Shown: piece by piece, positions 13,917 to 24,997 of the stretch
Layout: each line of letters opens with the position of its first letter
Numbering within the stretch: the stretch's first letter is position 1
Assembly (NCBI RefSeq): GCF_006345805.1
Contig: NC_043025.1
Span: 16,368,001 to 16,432,000 of the forward strand
Source: Octopus sinensis
Taxonomy: Eukaryota
Length of the DNA stretch: 64,000 nt
Direction of reading: 5' to 3'
The notes under the pieces: model-generated
Seen by the model: the letters and a program-made list of their open reading frames with translations, nothing else
Databases searched by the model: none
What the model was told of the DNA's origin: nothing
Position numbers and translations under genes: made by a program

Positions 13917-14062
13917 ACACACATACATTGTGTGGTAAGTAGCTTGCTTCCCAACCACATGGTTCCAGGTTCAGTCCCACAGCGTGGCACCTTGGGCAAG
14001 TGTCTTCTACTGTAGCCTTGTGAATGGATTTGGTAGACGGAAACTGAAATAAGGCCATCGTA

Positions 14063-14093
<31 letters not shown>

Positions 14094-14277
14094 TGTGTGT
14101 GTTTACGTGCGTGTATATCGCTTGACAACCGACGCTGGTGTGTTTATGTTCCCGTAACTTAGACCGATAGACTAAGTACCAGGCTTGCAAACAATAAGTC
14201 TTGGGATCGATTCCTTCGACTAAATCTCTTTAAGTGGGTGCTCCAATATATATATATATGTGTGTGTGTGTATGTGC

Positions 14278-14318
<41 letters not shown>

Positions 14319-14362
14319 TACATATATACACATATATACATATATATTTATGTGATAATATG

Positions 14363-14418
<56 letters not shown>

Positions 14419-14820
14419 GTTGTATACTGTCAATCTAACAAGAAAGTGACAGTAGGGGGTACACCACCGCTGTATAGCCCTAGGAAGCATCGAACGCCTC
14501 CTGATAGCTTTGACACATTTTTTCCCTGTTGCCTTATATACATATACGAAGGAGAGACAAACACCCCCGGCCGCCGGAACTGCATCTAGGAACACCGTGT
14601 TTCAGGATCGTTGTCCTTCATCGGCCTAGAGTAGCAGTATATAAGGACACAGGGAAAAAATGTATCAAAGCTATCAGGAGGCGTTCGATGCTTCCTAGGG
14701 CTATACAGCGGTGGGGTACCCCCTACTGTCACTTTCTTGTTAGATTGACAGTATACAACCATTCTATCGCCCCCCCACCGTACATGTCTCTACGAGAGAT
14801 TTAGAAATTCAATACTTATA

Positions 14821-14901
<81 letters not shown>

Positions 14902-15652
14902 TATACATACACATGCATATATGAGTACAGGATGTTACCAACGGTGCAAATAGCATGAAATACAGAAACAAACGAGGGAAAAAATGTAAAAACAGGTCAA
15001 GTAAACTCAGAGAAAGGAGCCTTTGTCAGTTGTCAGCTCCTCATTTCCAGCCCCTAATTTAACTTGTCCCCTTTTCCATTTTCTTCTCGTTGTTTATATA
15101 TTTCACCCGTTTTTCTCGCGTTTTTTTATGCATGCCATGTTATTTGTACCTTTGGTGACGTCCTGAACCCATATTCATGTATATATACATACATACATGT
15201 ATATATATATATTTTTTTTACTTGTTTCACTCATTTGACTGCGGCCATGCTGGAGCACCGCCTTTAGTCGAGCAAATCGATCCCGGGACTTATTCTTTGT
15301 AAGCCCAGTACTTATTCTATCGGTCTCTCAATTTGCCGAACCCGCTAAGTGACGGGGACGTAAACACACCAGCATCGGTTGTCAAGCAATGCTAGGGGGA
15401 CACACACATACACACAAACACATACACACACATATACATTTATACTACAGGCTTTTTTCAGTTTCCGTCTACCAAATCCACTCACAGGCATTGGTCGGCC
15501 CGGGGCTATAACAGAAGACACTTGCCCAAGATGCCACGCAGTGGGACTGAACCCGGAACCATGTGGTTGGTTAGCAAGCTACTTACCACACAGCCACCCC
15601 GCGCTATAGCAAGCAACTTACCACACAGCCACTCCTGCGCCTATATATATAT

Positions 15653-15685
<33 letters not shown>

Positions 15686-15688
15686 TAT

Positions 15689-15738
<50 letters not shown>

Positions 15739-17319
15739 GTATATTATATTATATATATATATAATATATATATATATATTATAGATATATATATATAAAT
15801 ATATAATTATTGGTGAATTGAAGAAATGGAGCTGAACGCAGATTGAACAGAATCGTTTTATTTCATTCTACACGTGTTTCGAAAGGCACAAATTACCAAA
15901 ATCCGATTGAATAATGGGACCATATTGTGTCTTTCTCTTCAGGAAGAAAGAAGGAAATCCGTTGGAAAAACAAAAACAGAACAGAGGCGGAGCAAAAAAC
16001 AAATCGAACTGTGCTCCTAAGAGCCCATGGCGAAACTGTTTATCAGTGTATGTTGAGAACCGGTGGCTGAAGAATTCAACGGGTCAGGCATCGGTCAATC
16101 ATGTGGGTGAGGGTGTATAGATGTTCTTTGTGACCGAGAATAAAGTTCTGACTATTTAAGGAATATTGGATGTTTTATGAGGGGCGAGAAAAAATCTACT
16201 TAGAGACGTGTGTGTGTGTATACTGTTCTATATATGTGTGTGTGGCGTAGGGGTAGAAAACATTTTTTGTGTACGTGTGTGCGTTTGATCGTTCGGCTGT
16301 CAGTGGCTACTGCCGTGATAACCGTTGGGTGGCAGAAACCATCACAACGGTTATCACGGCAGTAGCCACTGACAGCCGAACGATCAAACGCACACACGTA
16401 CACAAAAAATGTTTTCTACCCCTACGCCAACACACCATATATAGAACAGTATACACACACACACGTCTCTAAGTAGATTTTTCTCGCCCCTTATAAAACA
16501 TCCAATATTCTTTAATAGTCAGAACTTTATTCTCGGTCACAAAGAACATCTATACACCCTCACCCACACGATTGACCGATGCCTGACCCGTTGAATTCTT
16601 CAGCCACCGGTTCTCAACATACACTGATAAACAGTTTCGCCATGGGCTCTTAGGAGCACAGTTCGATTGTTTTTGCTCCGCCTCTGTTCTGTTTTTGTTT
16701 TTCCAACGGATTTCCTTTTTTCTTCCTGAAGAGAAAGACACAATATGGTCCCATTATTCAATCGGATTTTGGTAATTTGTGCCTTGCGAAACACGTGTAG
16801 AATGAAATAAAACGATTTCTGTTCAATCTGCGTTCAGCTCCATTTCTTCAATTCACCAATAATGTTTTAATTTCAATTATCCGCACCAACGCACGGTTGC
16901 AACGCCAGATGGTTGTACCTCCAACCGTGCTGTTTACTGCTGTGATTTTTGCTACTAAGGTATCGGTTAAACTTTTGATTAATCTACTACAAGATTATTC
17001 ATCTTTCTATTTCACATATATATATATATAGCTGAAATTTACAGAAAACAAAAGACGAAGACAGGTGTATGAACAACAAGCAGGTGTATTAGTTTGATGT
17101 TCGGGGAAAGTCTTTTACGTTTCGAGCCTACGCTCTTCAACAGAAAAGATTTAATTGAACGCGATGCCTCCATTTCCAAGTTTATATACATACATACATA
17201 CATTTTTACCGGTGATTGTGTTACATTATAAGGCACAAAAAGAAAATGACTCTCCCAGACACAACAGAATATGCTTCAACACACGAACTCATATAAAGAA
17301 TCTTTCAAACCAAATCCCA

Positions 17320-17367
<48 letters not shown>

Positions 17368-19635
17368 AATCCAAACGGGAAGCAAAAAACAACAACAATG
17401 GAACAATTACAGTATTATTTAATAGGCGCTCAGGAAAAGGAAGCAGGGAGGTATGACATTTCGAGCGGAGCTCTTCGTCGGAAACATAAGAAGGGGAAGA
17501 GGAGGAAAGAAAGATCCAGAGCGGGCAACAGGGAAAGAGAAAAAAGACGACTGGTGTTTACGAGTTGCACATGGTGAAAGGCGGATGTTTACGAAAACAG
17601 AGCAAAGTGGGTTTTTAAAGGCAAAAGAGTGGAGACAAGGGTGGTAAACGCAACAGATGTGTGTGTATGTGTGAGTGTGTGTGCGTGTGCGTGTGTGTAT
17701 GTGTGTGTGTGAGGCGAGATGAAAAAACAAAAAAATATATGTGTGTGTTAGTGTGTGTTAGTGTGTGCGTCTGTGTGTAGGCGTGTGAGGTAGGGCGAGA
17801 TAGTGGTCAGCTTAGCAGACAAAGGTCAGTAGTAAGAAAAAGAAGGAAGGAGGAAGGGAGGGAGGGGAAGGGGTGGGGGCGTATGTAGCGTGCCAGCGTG
17901 TGTTGAGTAGTAGTGTGTGTGTGTGTCCAGTGTCGTGGTGGTATAAATGGCGAGTAGATTGAATGTGTGTAAGAGTAATGTATATATTTAAGCAATGTGT
18001 GTATATGTGTGCGCGTGTGTGTAACGAAAAAGGGGGGGTAAGGAAAAAGGACTCCAGCTGAGGGGAAGATGGAAGAGTGGTCCCGCGGAGGCGGGCGTGG
18101 GAAAACCCAACGACACGCGACGGTCCCAGGAACGGGCGGGAGGTCTTGTCGGTTCCAAGAGCGAGGTGCCTGCGGAGCGTATGCGTACGCGAACCGGCGC
18201 AAGCGCGTGCGTGCGCGAGCCTGCGAGTATGTGCGTAAGTATGTATGTGTGTGGATGTGTGAGTGTGTCTGTGTGTATGTCCGGGTGGCAGTGTGTCCGA
18301 TGAATGTATGTGAGTATGTGTGTATGTATGTGTGTGCATAGATGTATGTCCGTGTGTGTGTGTGTGTGTGTATGTGTGTGAGTGTGTATGTATGTACGTG
18401 TGGGTGTGGGGAAGTGTGTGTATGTGCATGTGTGTGCGCGTACATACAGGTGTGTGAGTGAGTGTGTGTGTGTGTATGTATGTGTGAGTGTGGTGTATGT
18501 GTGTGTAGGATGCATGTATGTGTATGGGTGTATGTATGCGTGTGTATGTATGTATGTACGTGCGTGTGTGTGTGTGTATGCGTGTAGGTGTGCGCGTATG
18601 CATGCATGCATGCATGCATGTGCGTATGTGTGTGTGTGTGTGCATGTGTGTGGGTATATGTATGTGCGTATATGTGTGTGTGTGTGTGCGTACATGTGTG
18701 TGTGTGTGTATGCATGTGTGTGTATGTAGGTGTGTGGGCGTGTGTGTATAGGTGTATGTATGTAAGTATGTATGGGTGTGTCCGTGTATGTGTGTGTATG
18801 TATGGGTGTGTATGTAGTTGTGTGGGCGTGTGTATATGTGTGTGTATGTAGGTGTGTGGGCGTGTGTATATAGGTGTATGTGTGTATGTCTGGGTGTGTC
18901 CGTGCATGTTTGTGTGTGTGTGTGTATGCATGTGTATGTAGGTGTGTGTGTACGTGTGTAATGTATGTGTGTATGCGTGTGTATGCGTGCGTGTGTGTAT
19001 GTAGGTGCGTGTGTATGTGTGTGGGAGTGTAGGTGTGTGTGTGCGTGTGCGTGTGCGTGTTTATGTTGGTGTGTGCGTATGTGAGTGTGAGTGTATGGGT
19101 GTTTGTCATGCATGTGTGTGCGCGTGCAGGTGAGTGTGTGTGTAAGTATGTGTGTGTGTATGTTTGTGTGAGTGTGTATGTTTGTGTGAGTGTGTATGTG
19201 TGTATGTCTGTGTGTATGTATGTGCGTATAGGAGTATGTGGGTATGTGTGTGTGTATGTATATGGGTGTATGTATATATATATATTATATATATATATAT
19301 TATATATATATATATATATATAATATATATTATAACTAGACAGGTAGCAATCAGATAGAATAAGCACCATAATAGAACATAACACACACAAAGACACACA
19401 TACGACAGGCTTCCACGTAATTTCAATTTTGCCAAACCCACTGACAAGGCATTGAGCGGTCCGGGTCTATAGACACTTGCTGAAATTGAATCTCAGGGAT
19501 TGCGAAGCCCACACTCATGCTAGTCATGCGTGTTCCTATGTTGTCATATATTTTCATTAATTTGCGGAAGTTCATATTTTTTTCTGTGTGTTTATTTCTT
19601 TTATTTTATTCTCAGTGAATTTTTCGATGAGCTCT

Positions 19636-19711
<76 letters not shown>

Positions 19712-20303
19712 ATGTTTTCTTTGCTTATTATGAATCTCCGTACAATTGCTTAATGTGTTTTATTGAATGTTCATTATGAATCTCTATACATTTGCTAATG
19801 TCTGAATTTATGCTTTCCTCACCTTCGCTACTTGACTCATTTGTCTCCCTCACCCGTGTTTTATCAGTTTGTGTCTCACCCATCGATACAACAAAAGCTA
19901 GACCAAACATGGTACGCTGGTCAACATCGTCTGGAACATTCTGCCCTTCCTCAGAAAATCCTCGGTGTAATGCTCATCGTCTTATTCTATCCCATACTCC
20001 TCGGCTGCTATCTAATCCAACCAAAGTCACGGGTGAGTACTCATTATTTTGTTTTTTATTTTGATTTTTGTTTCTCTTGTTGAAGATTTCGTCCCGGTCC
20101 ATGCATTTTTAGTATATAAGTCAAAAGCCTGTCTGTCTGTCAGCCTTTGTCTATATATGTACATACACGCATTTCATCTTCATCATCTTCATCATATCAT
20201 CGCCATTACTATCATCATTGTCATGATTGTCATCATCAACCTCGTCGTCGTCGCAGTCGCCGTACTCCTCTTCTTCCTATTCATCATCATCATCGTCATC
20301 ACC

Positions 20304-20365
<62 letters not shown>

Positions 20366-21920
20366 TTCATCATCATTTAGCATCATGTGCTGTTCATCTT
20401 AATATGAGATCACCATGTCGCGCACATATGGTTGTGATGCATGTGCCTAGTGTACCCTTATCAGATGGGTAGTCATGATGGGTATACTGGGCTTCGTATA
20501 TTTTACCCCAGTGTCACTTTGATACCAGGCAGTGGCTCTCATGGCTTCTGATCTTAACTGATTGGAAGTGTTATCATGTACATTGTTTTGTCTTGTTATA
20601 AAAGATGGGCTACAGCAAATATTCTGCTCAATACCACAGATTTGATTGCCAGTTGTTTGACCGTAACCAGTTGAGCATGTCCCTTGGTGGCTGACGATAT
20701 GTGCATCTCTGATCACGAGCAGAAGTAGTAGGGGAGCATCATAGCCATGTGTTGAGAGGGATTCTTTGGGGTTTGAATAATTCACCTTTGGAAACATAGG
20801 TGTTTCGTTCAACATCCTTAAACAATCCTTATTCAGGGACCTTTTGAGCGGGATGGGCTACTCGACCAGAAGAAAATTCTAACTGGGCCCCCACCTGCAA
20901 GGTCATGTGCTGTTTATCTTGATATGAGACCACCATGTCACGCACATATGGTTGTGATGCATGTGCCTAGTGTACCCTTATCAGATGGGTAGTCATGATG
21001 GGTATACTGGGCTTCGTATATTTTACCCCAGTGTCACTTTGATACCAGGCAGTGGCTCTCATGGCTTCTGATCTTAACTGATTGGAAGTGTTATCATGTA
21101 CATTGTTTTGTCTTGTTATAAAAGATGGCCTACAGCAAATATTCTGCTCAATACCACAGATTTGATTGCCAGTTGTTTGACCGTAACCAGTTGAGCATGT
21201 CCCTTGGTGGCTGACGATATGTGCATCTCTGATCACGAGCAGAAGTAGTAGGGGAGCATCATAGCCATGTGTTGAGAGGGATTCTTTGGGGTTTGAATAA
21301 TTCACCTTTGGAAACATGGGTGGTTCGTTCAACATCCTTCAACAATCCTTATTCAGGGACCTTTTGAGCGGGATGGGCTACTCGACCAGAAGAAAATTCT
21401 AACTGGGCCCCCACCTGCAAGGTCATGTGCTGTTTATCTTGATATGAGACCACCATGTCACGCACATATGGTTGTGATGCATGAGCCTGGTGTATCCTTA
21501 TCAGACAGGTAGTCATGATGGGTATACTGGGCTTCGTATATTTTACCCCAGTGTCACTTTGATGGCATGCACTGCTCTCTCACTCAATAATAATAATAAA
21601 AACGGGTAAAGACCCCCTTGGGTCATGAATGACCATGGGATTGCACCTAGAAAGTTACCCTCCTAGACACAAGTCCGGGCAAGGTTGTTTATGGAAGATC
21701 AGCAGTCGCCCATGCATACCAGCCTCCCCTCTCCACGCCACCAGTGTTATCCAAGGGAAAGGCAAAGGGGCCGATACAGCTTGGAACCTGTGACGTCGCA
21801 ACTCATTTCTACAGCTGAGTGAACTGGAGCAACGTGAAATAAAGTGCCTTGCTCAAGAACACAACACGCAGCCCGGTCCGGGATTCGAGCTCACAACCTC
21901 GACGCTCTAACCACTGAGCC

Positions 21921-21954
<34 letters not shown>

Positions 21955-22589
21955 TAAAATAATTTTTTCTTGTTCATTATAAATCTCCGAACATTTTCTG
22001 ATGTGTTTGAATTTACGTTAATCTCAGCTTCGGTTATCAATTTAGTTGTCTCTATCATTCGTTCATCTGCCATGCTTTATTAGTTTGCGTTTCAACAACT
22101 ATATAACAACAACTAAACCAAATATAATACACTGGTCAATATCATCTGGAATATTCCGTTCTCCCTCACAAGTTCCTTATATTTGGTAATTTTCTTCTCA
22201 ACTATCGTCGTCTCTCTCAAACTATCTTCTCCTTTATCTATCCATTCAGCAATCTCTCTAACTTTCTGTTCTTTCTTTCTCAGCTCGGCACCATCATCAG
22301 CTACCCCTGCATCAAATTCATCTGCCACAGTCTGTCTTTCACCGCTTTCATCACCCTCATCATCCTCTCCACCCTGGAGATGTCCAGCTACAGCGAAAAC
22401 AAACTCTCTACCTCGCTACCCGACATCTACGCACAGTACGCCCGTTTCCGAAACACTTCGGCTGATTCCTCCTACTTCGGTAACGACTTCCCACTGCGCA
22501 AGTGCAACATTCAACCAATGGAAATGCTGCTCATTGTATTCATTGTCGGTAAGTGAATATCTCTTTCTTTCTTTTTTCTTTCTTTCTTC

Positions 22590-22661
<72 letters not shown>

Positions 22662-23020
22662 TTTCTTCTTCCTTTCTTTCTTTCTTTCTTTTCTTTCCTT
22701 TCTTTCTTTCTTTTTTCTTTCTTTCTTTCTTCTTTTCCTTTCTTCTTTCTTTCTTTCTCTTCTTTCTTTCTTTCTTTCTCCTTTCTTCTTCTTTCTTCTT
22801 TCTTCTTTTTTTCTTTCTTTCTTCTTCTTTCTTTCTTTCTTTCTTTTTTCTTTCTTTCTTTCTTTCTTTCTTCTCTCCTTCCTTTCTTTCTTTCTTTCTT
22901 TCTTTCTTTTTTTCTTCTTTCTTTCTTCTTCTTTCGTTTTTCCTTGTCTTTCTTTCTTTCTTTCTTTCTTCCTTTCCTTTCTTTCTTCTTTTTTCTTTCT
23001 TTCTTTCTTTCTTCCTCTTT

Positions 23021-23052
<32 letters not shown>

Positions 23053-23082
23053 TTTCTTTCTTTCTTTCTTTCTTTCTTTTTT

Positions 23083-23114
<32 letters not shown>

Positions 23115-23502
23115 TTTTTCTTTCTTTCTTTCTTCTTTCTTTCTTCCTTCTTTCTTTTTTTTCTTTCTTTTTTCTTTTTTCTTCTTTCTTTCTTTATTTC
23201 TTTCTTTCTTTCTTTCTTCCTTTCTTTCTTTCTTTCTTTCTTCCTTTCTTTCTTTCTTTTTTTCTTCTTTCTTTCTTTCTTTCTTCTTTCTTTCTTTCTT
23301 TCTTGTTTCAGTCATTAGACTGCGGCCATGCTTCAGAACCACCTTCAAGAATTTTTACTCGAATTAATCGACCCAAGTACTTTTGTTTTTAAAGCCTGGC
23401 ACTTATTCTGTTGGTCTGTTTAGCCGAACTGCTAAGCTACGGGGACGTAAAAAAACCAACACCAGTTTTCAAGGAATGGTGGGAGACAAAGACACACACA
23501 CA

Positions 23503-23542
<40 letters not shown>

Positions 23543-24419
23543 TTCACACAATATAGATACATATGCGACGGGCTTCTTTCAGTTTCCATCAATCAAAGTC
23601 TTTGGTCAGCCTGAGGCTATAGAATAAGATGCCTGTCCGAGGTGCCACGCAGTGGAACTGAACCCCGAACCATGTGGTTGGAAAGCAAACGCCTTACCAC
23701 TTAGCCACTGTATTTTTATAAATCAATTAGTAAAAGAAATACCTTTACTAAAGAGTAAAAATATAAAGATAGACTTCCCGGCTGATGCAAATATCTTTAA
23801 CGGTGGTGCCCCAGCATGGCCGCAGCTTTCGGGCTGAAACATTTAAAAAGATTTTAAGGATTTATAGCTGGTCTCTGCAGTGTGTAGATATCTGGTCATC
23901 TCACTGACCCCTTAACGATTCTTTCCCAAAATCACACTCACCAGATGACCAGATGACCAACATCACACTCACCAGATGACCAATTAGTCTTTAATACACA
24001 TTGGACTGAAGCGATGACATGTAAAGAATCTTGCCCAAGGACAAAGCGTTGATCCTGGTGAGAGAATAGAACCTGTAACCTTAGGATTGACATTCTTGTA
24101 TATTTTGTCTAGTTATCTATCTATCTATCTATCTATCTTTATCTATCTGTCTGTCTGTCTGTCTGTCTATCTGTCTGTCTGTCTGTCTGTCTATCTGTCT
24201 GTCTGTCTGTCTTTCTATCTATCTATTTGTCTGTCTGTTGCTCTGTCTGTCTATCTGTCTGTCTGTCTGTCTGTCTATCTGTCTGTCTGTCTGTCTATCT
24301 GTCTGTCTGTCTGTCTATCTGTTTGTCTGTCTGTCTTTCTATCTATCTATTTGTCTGTCTGTCGCTCTGTCTGTCTGTCGCTCTGTCTGTCTATCTATCT
24401 ATCTATCTATCTTTATCTA

Positions 24420-24450
<31 letters not shown>

Positions 24451-24557
24451 GTCTGTCTGTCTGTCTATCTGTCTGTCTGTCTGTCTTTCTATCTATCTAT
24501 TTGTCTGTCTGTTGCTCTGTCTGTCTATCTATCTATCTATCTATCTATCTTTATCTA

Positions 24558-24588
<31 letters not shown>

Positions 24589-24687
24589 GTCTGTCTGTCT
24601 GTCTATCTGTCTGTCTTTCTATCTATCTATTTGTCTGTCTGTCGCTCTGTCTGTCTATCTATCTATCTATCTATCTATCTTTATCTA

Positions 24688-24718
<31 letters not shown>

Positions 24719-24790
24719 GTCTGTCTTCTGTCTATCTGTCTGTCTGTCTGTCTTTCTATCTATCTATTTGTCTGTCTGTCGCTCTGTCTG

Positions 24791-24823
<33 letters not shown>

Positions 24824-24828
24824 ATCTA

Positions 24829-24859
<31 letters not shown>

Positions 24860-24966
24860 GTCTGTCTGTCTGTCTATCTGTCTGTCTGTCTGTCTTTCTA
24901 TCTATCTATTTGTCTGTCTGTCGCTCTGTCTGTCTATCTATCTATCTATCTATCTATCTTTATCTA

Positions 24967-24997
<31 letters not shown>

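Noticed and set aside
17807-19397. His/Thr-rich 370-470 aa ORFs (also 12667-13183 and 32884-35445)
   Set aside because: Dinucleotide and tetranucleotide repeats lacking stops.
20447-21335. Two near-identical 122-aa ORFs
   Set aside because: Antisense reading of the 520-bp repeat unit; no recognisable domain.
21891-22328. Two minus-strand ORFs starting MADE
   Set aside because: One overlaps exon 5 and its pyrimidine tract antisense; no family similarity or splice support.
22183-23392. F/L/S-rich and K/E/R-rich long ORFs
   Set aside because: Products of (TTTC)n; they overlap true exon 5 in another frame.
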